The notes below the pieces were generated by a model. That model searched no databases. It was not told the DNA's origin and saw nothing but the letters and a program-made list of their open reading frames with translations. Shown in pieces: positions 9,558-18,962 of a stretch of DNA of 64,000 bases; the stretch's first letter is position 1, and every line of letters begins with the position of its first letter. The DNA comes from Deinobacterium chartae (GTDB lineage Bacteria; Deinococcota; Deinococci; Deinococcales; Deinococcaceae): assembly GCF_014202645.1 (NCBI RefSeq), contig NZ_JACHHG010000002.1, forward strand, positions 162,180 to 226,179, in the 5' to 3' direction. The translations under genes were made by a program, and so were the position numbers.

Positions 9558-11989
9558 GTGCGCAGCTCGAGGCGGCGCTCCTCGGAGACCTCGAGGGCCC
9601 GTCCGCGCTGGGCGATCTCCTCGACCAGACCGTGCTGCTCGGTCAGGTCGCGCGCGACCGCCAGGGCACCGATGATGCGATCCCCGCGCGTGAGGGCGTT
9701 GAGGTTCAGCTCGAGGTAGGCCAGCCCTCCGTCCTTGCGCAGCGCGGCACCCTGGTACAGGGCGCGGCCCTGGTTCGGTTCGAGCACGCACATGCGCCAC
9801 GCCTCGCGGATCTGCTCGATGCCGCTGGAGCTCAGGAAGTCGCGGAAGTTGCGTCCGATCAGTTCCTCGGGCGCGTAGCCCAGCACCCGCGCGCTGGCGG
9901 GGTTGACGTAGTTGATCTCACCGCGCACGTCGGTGGTGACGATCAGGTCCTGGGCGGCCTCGGCCAGCAGGCGGTACTGCGCCTCCTGGCGGCGCAGCGC
10001 CTCGAACAGCCGCTGGTTCGAGAGCGCCAGCGACATCTGCTCGGCGATGGCGGTCACCAGGTTCAGCTCGTGTTCGGAGAACACCGAGCCCAGCCCCATG
10101 CGGTCGGCGTAGATAAATCCGATCAGCCGCTCCTGCGCGAACAGCGGGGCGACCATGCCGCAGCAGGCCCCCTCGAGGCACAGGCCCTCGGGCAGCGTGA
10201 CCGCCGAGCGGGCCTCGAGAAAGCGGGCGTAGTGCTGCAGGGGCAGGCGAACGGGCATCTCCCCTACTCCGAAGGCGTACAGTTCGCCCAGCTGCAGGTC
10301 ACTCTGAAAAAACCCGACGCAGCAGCGGTCCGCGCCCACCGCGCTGGCGATTTCCTCGGCGGCCCCGCCCACCACCCGCCTCGAGGGTTCGGAGCCGACC
10401 TGACGGGCGAGGTTGAGCAGCACCACCGCCTCGCGCTCGCGCCGCACCTCCTCCTCGTACAACCGGGCGTTCTCGATGGCCAACGCCGCCTGTCCGGCGA
10501 AGACCTCGAGCAGGTAGATGTCCTCGTCGGAGAAATCGGCGGGGGCCTGAAAGTACAGCGCGAGACCGCCGAAGACCTTGCCCCGCGAGGCGAGCGGCAG
10601 GCCCAGCAGGCCCCGGAACGGGTACTCGCCGCGCTCGAGCAGGCTGCGGGTGTAGCTCTGGCCGCGCCACTCCTGCGGAAACTGCATCCAGCGCTCGACG
10701 ATGTCGCGCATCATCTTCGGACGGTTCTCGGCGACCGCCTGACCGACCACGCCCTGCCCCAGGCGGGCGCGCACCTGCAAGATGTACTCGGTCTCGAGGC
10801 CGAGTGCGGAGCGGATGCGCAGGGTTTCGCCGTCCTCGGCGAGCTGGAACACCGCGCAGGCGGTGGCGTTGAACAGGCGGCGGGCGGCGTCGAGAATGCT
10901 CTCGAGGATCTCGCCGAGGTGCAAGGTGCCCGACAGGGTCTGCGCCACCTCGCGCAGCGCTTCGGACGCAAGGCGTTTGCGCGACTCCTCGGCGTACAGG
11001 CGGGCGTTGTCGATGGCGAGCGAGGCCTGCTCGGCCAGGCTGAGGGCCAGCCACAAGTCGGCCTCGGAGATCAATCGGCCCGGCTCGGTCGTGTCGATGT
11101 ACAGCACGCCCAGCGGTCGACCCCGCGCCGCGAGCGGCGCGATGATGCACGATCCCATGCCGTTGGGGCGCAGCCGCGTCGCCAGCGGCGAGTCGTAGCC
11201 ACGGGTGTCATCGATCAAGAGCGGCTGTCCGCGCAGCACCAGGTGCTTGAAGGACTCGGGACCGATGCGCACGGTCTGGTCCTGCATGTCGTCCTTGAAG
11301 CCGTAGGCGAAGATGTTGCCGGTGGTGGCGGTGGTCTCGCCGATCTCGTCGTACAGCCCCACGAAGGCCCGCTCGAGGCCCAGGCGGCGCGCGGCGATCT
11401 CGGCGGTCGAGGTCAGCACCTCGCCCAGGTCCAGCGTGGAGCCCAGGCGGCGCGCCAAGTCGGCCAGCACCTGCACCTCGCGCTCGCGGCGGTTCGAGGC
11501 GGCGCGCAGCCCGGCCACCGACAAGGCCAGGGCCGCCGTGGGCAGCATGCGGCCCAGTTCCTCGAGGCGGTCCGAGTCGGCACCCACCACCTCGAGCAGG
11601 CCGGTGGCGGGGCTGCTGCCCAGCGGCAGGATCGCGAAGGCTCCGTCGAGGCGCGGCAGGCGGGTGGCGTGCACCTCCAGCACGTTGCAGCCCTCCTCGA
11701 GATCATCGAGCAGGCCGCTGGGTGCCGGGATGCAAAAGCCGTGCCCCTCGGCCGCGAGCACCTGGAAGGCCACGCTGCCCTGGACACGGCCCTCGAGGGG
11801 CAGCAGCACCCGGGCACCGTGCGCGCGACAGTGGCTCAGCGAGATCTGGACCAGACGGCGCGCGATCTCGCGCGGCTCGCGCAGGTCTGCGAGTTCGTGC
11901 CAGGCCTGCCAGAACGCATCCGTCCCCGCCGCCACCTCACGCCACTGCTCGGAGACATCGGACATGGCTCTATTGTACGGGCTCGGCAC
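8936..11989 (-). CDS. cytoplasmic multi-GAF / PAS sensor histidine kinase (HisKA_3 + HATPase_c)
   Basis: 1017 aa with about four GAF domains and one PAS. HisKA_3 H-box RIARELHDDTAQ. C-terminal HATPase. No TM segments. Confidence 0.85.
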   Translation of the reverse strand: MPSPYNRAMSDVSEQWREVAAGTDAFWQAWHELADLREPREIARRLVQISLSHCRAHGARVLLPLEGRVQGSVAFQVLAAEGHGFCIPAPSGLLDDLEEGCNVLEVHATRLPRLDGAFAILPLGSSPATGLLEVVGADSDRLEELGRMLPTAALALSVAGLRAASNRREREVQVLADLARRLGSTLDLGEVLTSTAEIAARRLGLERAFVGLYDEIGETTATTGNIFAYGFKDDMQDQTVRIGPESFKHLVLRGQPLLIDDTRGYDSPLATRLRPNGMGSCIIAPLAARGRPLGVLYIDTTEPGRLISEADLWLALSLAEQASLAIDNARLYAEESRKRLASEALREVAQTLSGTLHLGEILESILDAARRLFNATACAVFQLAEDGETLRIRSALGLETEYILQVRARLGQGVVGQAVAENRPKMMRDIVERWMQFPQEWRGQSYTRSLLERGEYPFRGLLGLPLASRGKVFGGLALYFQAPADFSDEDIYLLEVFAGQAALAIENARLYEEEVRREREAVVLLNLARQVGSEPSRRVVGGAAEEIASAVGADRCCVGFFQSDLQLGELYAFGVGEMPVRLPLQHYARFLEARSAVTLPEGLCLEGACCGMVAPLFAQERLIGFIYADRMGLGSVFSEHELNLVTAIAEQMSLALSNQRLFEALRRQEAQYRLLAEAAQDLIVTTDVRGEINYVNPASARVLGYAPEELIGRNFRDFLSSSGIEQIREAWRMCVLEPNQGRALYQGAALRKDGGLAYLELNLNALTRGDRIIGALAVARDLTEQHGLVEEIAQRGRALEVSEERRLELRTYLSLFTQAQEEERKRIARELHDDTAQVLVAITRRLDRLSCELEDPRLKQRAEDIREDLGAAIESVRRFSRNLRPSVLDDLGLLPALEWLASKALTPTRLEVSGAERRLSGDIELTLFRVVQEALTNIDKHAQANVAAIRVRFLEDEVQVHVSDDGIGFVPENLTALASRGHLGLLGLRERVELAGGSLEVDSEPGRGTEMRFAFRC

Positions 11990-12131
11990 GGTCCGGGAAG
12001 GGCATAGCGCGCTCGCAATCTCCTGCGGCAGAACCCTGGGACCAACCAGGGGCGCAGCGCTGCTTCCAGAAGCGCCCTGTCCTCGAGCGGTTCGGCCTGC
12101 GCGCGCAGCGCGGCTGCGGCCCCGGGCACGC

Positions 12132-12575
12132 TCAGCGCAGCAGCCGGAGCAGGTGCCCGAACTGCTCGAGCTGTTCGGGCGTCAGGGCACTGAACTGCTC
12201 CTGGTGCAGCCCGATCACTTTGGGCAGGGCCTGCTCGATCAGCTCGCGCCCTTCGGGGGTGAGGTACATGCGCTTGTACTTTCCGGTGCTCTCACGACGG
12301 ATCAGGCCACGGTTGACCAGCCGCTGGGCGTGGTAGGTCATGTTGGGTGCGCTAAACAGCAGCCGTTCGGCCAGTTCGTGCTGGGCGATGCCTTCGTGCA
12401 CGCGGATGACCGCCAGCGTATCGAACTCGGTCATACTGAGTCCCAGCGGGGCCAGCGCCTCCTCAACCTGCCTCACCTTGCTGTGAACAACCCGGATCAT
12501 GCGGCGCCACAGGCGGATGGGCGGTTCCCTCAGCGCCTGATCGATCGGTGCCCGCTCGGGATGGTGATCGCTCAT
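12132..12575 (-). CDS. MarR family transcriptional regulator (MhqR-like)
   Basis: 147 aa with a MarR wHTH core. Divergent from the dioxygenase/esterase gene. Confidence 0.8.
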   Translation of the reverse strand: MSDHHPERAPIDQALREPPIRLWRRMIRVVHSKVRQVEEALAPLGLSMTEFDTLAVIRVHEGIAQHELAERLLFSAPNMTYHAQRLVNRGLIRRESTGKYKRMYLTPEGRELIEQALPKVIGLHQEQFSALTPEQLEQFGHLLRLLR

Positions 12576-12684
12576 CTCAGTCCACTATAAGACGTGAGCG
12601 CAGGCCAAGGCGATTCATTAAACCGAAATTTCCCAACCGGGCCAGGCGCCGTGCATTAAGAATAAAGGTAGGACAACCTACACA

Positions 12685-12704
12685 ACACTTAAATTTTAAA
12701 GTGT
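12685..12704. promoter_or_regulatory. palindromic operator candidate ACACTT-N8-AAGTGT in the AT-rich MarR / dioxygenase intergenic region
   Basis: Inverted repeat centred in aaattttaaa. It overlaps a TTCAAT -10-like box 6 nt upstream of ATG 12716. Confidence 0.4.
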
Positions 12705-12715
12705 TCAATGGAACC

Positions 12716-14386
12716 ATGCAGCCCATCCAAGGTCTTCACCACCTGACGGTCATGGCCAGCGACCCGCAGCGCAACATCGACTTCTACACGCAACTGCTGG
12801 GACAGCGGCTGGTCAAGGTCACGGTCAACTTCGACGACCCCGGAACCTACCACTTCTACTACGGCGACTAGGTCGGCAGCCCCGGCACCATCATGACCTT
12901 CTTCCCCTGGCCCGCCGCCGCACGCGGCCGGCGCGGCAACGGCGAAGTGGTCGCCGCCGCCTACGCCATCGCCCCCGAGTCCCTCGAGTACTGGCGTGCC
13001 CGCCTGCGCGAGCAAAAGCTCGCGTTCAGCGAAACCACCCGCTTCGGCGCCCCCACCCTGGTCCTCGAGGACCCCGACGGCCTGATCATCGAGCTGGTCG
13101 CCGAGGCGGGAGCGGCGGTCCCACGCTTCTGGCCAAACAGCCCCATCCCCGAAGCGCAGGCCCCCCGGGGCTTTCACAGCGTCACGCTGTGGGTAGACCG
13201 CATCGATTCGGTCGATCACCTGCTGACCGCTTCGCTCGGCTTCACCCGCGCCGGCGAGGAACCGGACGCCGAGGGCACCCGGGTCCGCTTCCGGGGAGCC
13301 TCGGACGGCGTCGGCCTGTACGTGGACGTGATCGCGCGCCCCGGACGGCCGCGCGGCGAATTCGGCGCGGGCAGCGTGCACCACGTGGCCCTGCGCACCC
13401 GCGACGACTCCGAGCAGGAGGAGTACCGCCAGCACCTCGCCCGCCACGGCGTACAGGTCACCCCGGTGCAAGACCGCCAGTACTTCCACAGCATCTACTT
13501 CCGCGACACCAGCGGCGTGCTGTTCGAAATCGCCACCGACGCCCCCGGCTTCCCCGACGACGAGCCGGTCGAGGAACTCGGCCGTCACCTCAAGCTGCCC
13601 GCCTGGTACGAACCGCAGCGCGCCGCCATCGAAGCCCGGGTTCCGCGCATCGTCAATCCCGAGTACGGCGTCACCCTGGGCGGCGGTTCGGCAGGCAGCG
13701 GGCAGAGCGCCGCCAAGCCGCTGTTTTCCGGCAATCGCTTCGAAGGACCGCACCAGGGCCAGACGGTCTACGCCGCCGGACGCCCGCTGCACGAGGCGCG
13801 CGTGGCAATGGTCCTGGTTCACGGGCGCGGCGGCAGCGCCCAGGACATCTTGAGCCTCTCGGACAGCTTCAACCTCTCGGCCTTTGCTTACCTCGCCCCG
13901 CAAGCCAGCGGCCACACCTGGTACCCGCACAGCTTTCTGATGCCCACCGAGCGCAACGAGCCCGGCCTGTCCTCGGGCCTGCAGATGCTGCGCGACATCC
14001 TCGAGGAACTCAATCGCCAGGGCATTCCGCCCGAAAACGTCATTCTGGGCGGTTTCTCGCAGGGTGCCTGTCTCGCCAGCGAGTTCGTGGCCCGCAACGC
14101 GCGGCGCTACGGCGGCCTGTTTGCCTTCTCGGGCGGCCTGATCGGCCCCGAGGGCAGCCCGCGCGACTACCCGGGCAGCCTCGAGGGAACCCCGGTCTTT
14201 ATCGGCTGCAGCGACGTGGACCCGCACATCCCGCTGGCGCGGGTCGAGGAAAGTGCTGCGGTGCTCGAGCGCCTGGGCGGGCAGGTGGACAAGCGCGTCT
14301 ATCCCGGCATGCCGCACACCATCAACGACGAGGAGATCTCGGCGGTGCGCGCCATGATGCAGGCCCTCGCGGCCCGCAGCGTCTGA
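12716..14386 (+). pseudogene. VOC-family ring-cleaving dioxygenase fused to a phospholipase/carboxylesterase domain, interrupted by an in-frame TAG at 12869..12871
   Basis: ORFs 12716..12871 and 12893..14386 are in the same frame. Sequence reads HFYYGD*VGSPGTIMTFFPWP at the conserved YYGDxxGxPGT motif. The C-terminal half carries the esterase GFSQG nucleophile motif. The downstream part could re-initiate at ATG 12893. Confidence 0.6.
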
Positions 14387-14398
14387 AGTCCGGGCCGC

Positions 14399-15472
14399 AT
14401 GCGACCTTTCAGCTACAGCGCGCTGCCCGTCCGCACCGTGTTCGGAACGGGCAGCCGCGAGCGGCTGCCCGAAGAGCTGCGATCGCTGGGCCTGCGGCGC
14501 GTTCTCCTGATCGCCAGCGCCCGCCAGCTCGAGGCGCAGCCTGACCTGAGCGAACTGCTCGCGGGCCATTTGGCCGGCAGCTACACCGCAGCCGCCATGC
14601 ATACGCCCCTCGAGGTGACCGAGGACGCCCACCGCCAGTTGCAGGCCCTCGAGGCCGACGCTCTGGTGGCGATCGGCGGCGGCTCGGCCATCGGGCTGGG
14701 CAAGGCACTCGCCCTGCGCAGCGACCTCCCGCTGCTGGCCCTGCCCACCACCTACTCGGGCTCGGAGATGACCCCGATCCTGGGCGAGCGCGCGGGCGGA
14801 GTCAAAACCACCCGCCGCGACCCCAGGGCGCTGCCCCGGGTGGTGCTGTACGATCCGCAGCTGACCGTCTCGCTGCCGGTGGCCCTCTCGGTCGCCAGCG
14901 GGATCAACGCGCTGGCCCACGCGGTCGAGGCGCTGTACGCCTTCGACGGCAATCCGGTCACCTCGCTGCTGGCCGAGGAGGCTGTGCGCGCGCTGGGCCG
15001 TGGCCTGCCGCAGGTCGCATCCGCCCCCGGCGACCTGACCGCGCGCGAAGCGGCGCTGTACGGCGCGTGGCTGGCCGGGACCGCGCTCGCCAGCGTCAGC
15101 ATGGCGCTGCAGCACAAGCTGGCCCACGTGCTCGGCGGCAGTTTTGACCTGCCGCACGCCGAGACCCACGCCGCGCTGCTACCGCACACCGCCGCCTACA
15201 ACGCGCCCGAGGCACCCGAAGCGATGCAGCGGGTCGCGGCAGCGCTCGGCGCCCTCGAGGAGGCCCCGCAGGCCCTGTTCGCACTGAACGTCCGCCTGAA
15301 CGCTCCCCGCAGCCTGCGCGAGCTGGGCATGCCCCGAGACGGCATCGGACGCGCCGCCGATCTGGCGCTGCAAACCCCCTACCCCAACCCCCGCCCCCTC
15401 GAGCGGGAAGCGCTGCTGGAACTGCTGGAACGTGCCTGGGCCGGCGATCCGCCCCGCAGCCCGGGCAAATAG
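14399..15472 (+). CDS. maleylacetate reductase (iron-containing alcohol dehydrogenase family)
   Basis: 357 aa with the GGGSAIGLGKA Fe-ADH motif. Maleylacetate reductase-like. Confidence 0.75.
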   Translation: MRPFSYSALPVRTVFGTGSRERLPEELRSLGLRRVLLIASARQLEAQPDLSELLAGHLAGSYTAAAMHTPLEVTEDAHRQLQALEADALVAIGGGSAIGLGKALALRSDLPLLALPTTYSGSEMTPILGERAGGVKTTRRDPRALPRVVLYDPQLTVSLPVALSVASGINALAHAVEALYAFDGNPVTSLLAEEAVRALGRGLPQVASAPGDLTAREAALYGAWLAGTALASVSMALQHKLAHVLGGSFDLPHAETHAALLPHTAAYNAPEAPEAMQRVAAALGALEEAPQALFALNVRLNAPRSLRELGMPRDGIGRAADLALQTPYPNPRPLEREALLELLERAWAGDPPRSPGK

Positions 15473-15480
15473 CCGCGCGC

Positions 15481-15526
15481 CACGCAAAGGGCCGCGTTCC
15501 TTACAGCGAACGCGGCCCTTTGCGTG
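15481..15526. terminator. bidirectional hairpin terminator (19-bp stem)
   Basis: CACGCAAAGGGCCGCGTTC cttacagc GAACGCGGCCCTTTGCGTG, between the convergent reductase and response-regulator genes. Confidence 0.55.
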
Positions 15527-15530
15527 ACGC

Positions 15531-16202
15531 TTACTCGAGGGCGCTCGGGTCGATCCAGCCGCGCTTGATCGCGTACAGCACCGCCTCGGTGCGGCTGCCC
15601 ACGCCCAGCTTGGAGAAGATGTTGGCGAGGTGCACCTGCACGGTGCGCGGCGAGATCTCGAGGTCGCGGGCGATCTCCTTGTTGGTGGAGCCGGTCGCGG
15701 CGATGCGCAGCACCTCGAGCTCGCGCGGCGAGAGCAGCTCCTCGCTCTGCGCCGAGGGCTGCGGGTTGGGCGCCGCCGCAAAGCGGCCCAGCACCTTGCG
15801 GGCCACCGAGGGGTGCAGCACGCTCTCCCCACCGGCAACCGCGCGCACCGCGTGGGTCAGTTCGTCCTCACGGGCGTTCTTGAGCAGATAACCGGCAGCC
15901 CCCGCCTCGAGCAGCGCGAACACGTAGGCGTCGTCGTCGTAGGAGGTGAGAACCAGCACGGCCACGCCGGGCTGCTGGGCCTTGATGCGTTTGGTGGCCT
16001 CGATACCGTTGAGGCCCGGCATCGAGACATCCATCAAAATGACGTTGGGCTGCAACCGGCCCGAGAGCTCCACGGCCTCGAGGCCGTCGGAGGCTTCGCC
16101 TATCACTTCGAAGTCCGGGTGCATCTCGAGGAGATCACGGGTTCCCTTGCGTACCACCGGGTGATCGTCGACGAGCAGGATGCGGATCGGCGGGTTATCC
16201 AT
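15531..16202 (-). CDS. NarL/FixJ-family DNA-binding response regulator (REC + LuxR HTH)
   Basis: [12 protein letters not shown]...D54 pocket. C-terminal LuxR HTH ...[22 protein letters not shown]. Confidence 0.85.
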   Translation of the reverse strand: MDNPPIRILLVDDHPVVRKGTRDLLEMHPDFEVIGEASDGLEAVELSGRLQPNVILMDVSMPGLNGIEATKRIKAQQPGVAVLVLTSYDDDAYVFALLEAGAAGYLLKNAREDELTHAVRAVAGGESVLHPSVARKVLGRFAAAPNPQPSAQSEELLSPRELEVLRIAATGSTNKEIARDLEISPRTVQVHLANIFSKLGVGSRTEAVLYAIKRGWIDPSALE

Positions 16203-16290
16203 ACGGTCCAGTCTACGTTACGTCTCACCCGCAGGTGGGTCCCCGGCAGCGGTCACTGCTTTCAAGGCCCTGTGCGCTACACTGGCCACG

Positions 16291-18228
16291 ATGATGCCAC
16301 AGCCGCGTTCCGTGCTGCTCCGTGCCCGCACGCTGGGTCTGGAAGGACTGGCCCTGCTCGAGTCGGCCGGACCGGTCACGTCCTTCTCGCGCTACAGCCT
16401 GTTCTCGGCCGCGCCCAGCGCCCGGCAGCGGCAATTGCCCGAACGCCCGGTCGGTGGGGCGCTGTTTCCCGCCTGGATCGGCGGCTTGACCTACGAGGCC
16501 GCCGCAGGTCTGCCCGGCCAAGAGGGGCATACCCACCCGCCTGACCCACACGACACCGGCAGCGAGCACGGACAGTTCTGGGCGCATTACCCCAGCGGGC
16601 TGTTGTGGGACCGCCTCGAGGGCAGCGTGCAGGTCCTGGGCGAGCCGCACCTCGACTGGCAAGCGCTGCTCGCCGCTCCCGAAGCCCCGGCGCCGGCCCT
16701 CGAGGTGGGCGCGCTCACCAGCGACTTTCCGCGCGCGGCCTTCGAGGCCGGAGCGCGCGCGGTGCAAGGCCTGATCCGCGCCGGAGAAACGTACCAGGTC
16801 AACCTCTCGCACCGCCTGCGCGCCCCGGCCGCAGGAGACCCGCTGGCCGCCTACCTGCGGCTGGCCGGGCTGAACCCCAGCCCCTTCATGGCCTACTTCG
16901 AGGGTCCGGGCTTCACGGTGGTGTCCGGCTCGCCCGAGCGGCTGGTGCTGTGGGACGGGGAGCGCATCGCCGCGCGGCCGATCGCGGGCACGCGGCGGCG
17001 CGGCGCGGACGCGTCCGAGGACGCCGCCCTCGAGGCCGAGCTGCGCGCAAACGTCAAGGAGCGCGCTGAGCACCTGATGCTGCTCGACCTGGCGCGCAAC
17101 GACTTGGGCCGCGCGGCGGCCGGGGGCAGCGTGTGGGTGCCCGAGTTCGAGACGGTGGAACGCTACAGCCACGTGATGCACCTGGTGAGCGAGGTGGAGG
17201 CCGCCGCGAGCGCGGACCTGACCCTGCCCCGGCTGCTGGCGGCCACCTTCCCGGGCGGCACCATCACCGGGGCTCCCAAGCGCCGGGTGATGGCGGCCAT
17301 CCGCGACCTCGAGCCGGTGCCGCGCGGCTGGTACACCGGATCGCTGGGGTACCTGGCCGGGCCGCGCTGCGACCTGAACATCCTGATCCGCACGGTGAGC
17401 TTCGTACGGCAGGGCGCAGGCCTCGAGGCGCGGCTCTCGGCCGGAGCGGGCGTGGTGATCGACTCGGATCCCGCCCGCGAGTACCGCGAGACCGAGCACA
17501 AGGCCGCCGCGCTGATCGCCTCGCTGCGGCCCGGCCAGGAGCCGCGCCCGGCTGCAGCGCCCGCGCCGCCCGCAGCGGGCCCGGCGTGGCGGCCGGCTGC
17601 GGCGGAACCTGCCGGCGTCGGCTGCCGGGTGCTGCTGCTCGACAACTTCGACTCGTTCACCTACAACCTCGCGCACGACCTGCGCGCCCTGGGAGCCGAA
17701 GTGACCGTGCGCGACCAGCTCACACCGCTGCCCGAACTGCTGGCCCTGGAAGCCACCCACGTGCTGGTCGGGCCCGGACCGGGCGACCCGCAGGGCAGCG
17801 GAGTTACCCTGGCACTCACCCGCCACTGCCTCGAGGCCGGGGTGCCACTGCTGGGCGTGTGCCTGGGCCACCAGGCGCTGGGAGAAGCGCTGGGAGCACG
17901 GCTCGCCCGTTCGCCCGAACCGGTGCACGGCAAGGCCGCACACCTGACCCACGACGGGCAGGAGCTGTTCGAGGGCATCCCGCAGGGTGCGGTGTTCACC
18001 CGTTACCACTCGCTGCGCCTCGAGAACGCGCCCGCACCGCTGCGGGTCACGGCGCGCAGCGAGGACGGGGCCATCATGGCCCTGAGCGTGGCGGGCTGCC
18101 CGGCCTGGGGCGTGCAGTTTCACCCGGAATCGGTGCTCTCGCGGCACGGACGCCGCTTGCTGGGCAACTGGCTGCGGCTGGGGCGGGAGGTGCGCGGTGA
18201 GCGCGGACTGGCTGAGCACGCCCGCTGA
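16291..18228 (+). CDS. aminodeoxychorismate/anthranilate synthase component I fused to a C-terminal glutamine amidotransferase (PabB-PabA fusion)
   Basis: Chorismate-binding domain followed by a class-I GATase (VLLLDNFDSFTYNL...GVCLGHQAL). Start moved to ATG 16291 (TACACT box 7 nt upstream). Confidence 0.8.
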   Translation: MMPQPRSVLLRARTLGLEGLALLESAGPVTSFSRYSLFSAAPSARQRQLPERPVGGALFPAWIGGLTYEAAAGLPGQEGHTHPPDPHDTGSEHGQFWAHYPSGLLWDRLEGSVQVLGEPHLDWQALLAAPEAPAPALEVGALTSDFPRAAFEAGARAVQGLIRAGETYQVNLSHRLRAPAAGDPLAAYLRLAGLNPSPFMAYFEGPGFTVVSGSPERLVLWDGERIAARPIAGTRRRGADASEDAALEAELRANVKERAEHLMLLDLARNDLGRAAAGGSVWVPEFETVERYSHVMHLVSEVEAAASADLTLPRLLAATFPGGTITGAPKRRVMAAIRDLEPVPRGWYTGSLGYLAGPRCDLNILIRTVSFVRQGAGLEARLSAGAGVVIDSDPAREYRETEHKAAALIASLRPGQEPRPAAAPAPPAAGPAWRPAAAEPAGVGCRVLLLDNFDSFTYNLAHDLRALGAEVTVRDQLTPLPELLALEATHVLVGPGPGDPQGSGVTLALTRHCLEAGVPLLGVCLGHQALGEALGARLARSPEPVHGKAAHLTHDGQELFEGIPQGAVFTRYHSLRLENAPAPLRVTARSEDGAIMALSVAGCPAWGVQFHPESVLSRHGRRLLGNWLRLGREVRGERGLAEHAR

Positions 18229-18937
18229 CCCGGCCGCGCTGTACGGCGAGAGCGCTTTTTCGACGCTGCGTACCCGCCACGGCGTGCCGCTGCTGCTCGA
18301 AGCCCACCTCGAGCGCCTGCGCGGCACCTGCCGCCTGCTGGGGTTACCGGACCCGCCCGCGGCGGACGCGGTGCGCGAGGACGCCGCCCGCCACCCGCAC
18401 CCCTGGGGGCGCTACCGCCTGACCGTCACCGCACACGGGGTCTGGTCGCAGCACCTTCCGCTGCCCGCCGTGCCCGAGGCGCAGCGGGCAGGAGCGGACG
18501 TGTGGCTCTCGGGGTGGCGCGTTCACCCGCAACTCGCCGCGCACAAAACCGGAAATTACCTGCCCTACCGCCTGGCGGCCCTCGAGGCGGTAGGGCAGGG
18601 CGCGCTCGAGGCCCTGCTGCTGAGCAGCGACGGGGGTCGCGTCGCAGACGGCTCGCGCAGCTCGCCGCTGCTCGAGGTCGAGGGCGAGCTGTGGGTGCCT
18701 TCCGGCGGGTTGCAGAGCGTGACCCGCGCGGCCCTGCTCGCGGCCTGGGGTCGCCCCTGGCGCGAGGTGGAACTGCGTCCCGAGGACCTCTGCCGCGCGC
18801 AGCACCTGTGGCTGTGCGGCTCGGGACTGGGTGTACTGCCGGTCGCGCGGGTGCGCGGCGCTCACCTCGCGCTGAGCTTTGCAGCGCGGGCGCTGCCCTT
18901 CGAGGACGAGCGCTTCCGGGTACCGGACGGCAGCTGA
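18197..18937 (+). CDS. pabC: aminodeoxychorismate lyase (class IV aminotransferase fold)
   Basis: 246 aa, GTG start overlapping the end of the pabAB fusion. PabC/IlvE-like sequence. Confidence 0.65.
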   Translation: MSADWLSTPADPAALYGESAFSTLRTRHGVPLLLEAHLERLRGTCRLLGLPDPPAADAVREDAARHPHPWGRYRLTVTAHGVWSQHLPLPAVPEAQRAGADVWLSGWRVHPQLAAHKTGNYLPYRLAALEAVGQGALEALLLSSDGGRVADGSRSSPLLEVEGELWVPSGGLQSVTRAALLAAWGRPWREVELRPEDLCRAQHLWLCGSGLGVLPVARVRGAHLALSFAARALPFEDERFRVPDGS

Positions 18938-18962
18938 GTGCCGCGCGTGTTAGGCTGCGCGC

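Noticed and set aside
8903-12007. 1034-aa plus-strand ORF mirroring the histidine kinase, and other giant antisense ORFs (12689..15169, 16225..18327, 22150..24048, 25533..26900, 39262..42012, 49223..50722, 56516..57838, 60513..62429)
   Set aside because: They sit on the opposite strand of genes with clear domain content, have repetitive RGAP-rich composition, and show no start-site signals. I treated them as GC-driven artefacts, except that the 3' part of 25533..27899 is the real GGPPS.
12869-12871. TAG as a programmed recoding site (pyrrolysine or readthrough)
   Set aside because: There is no pyl gene context, and it would not be expected in Deinococcus-Thermus. Simple nonsense mutation or sequencing error is far more likely.
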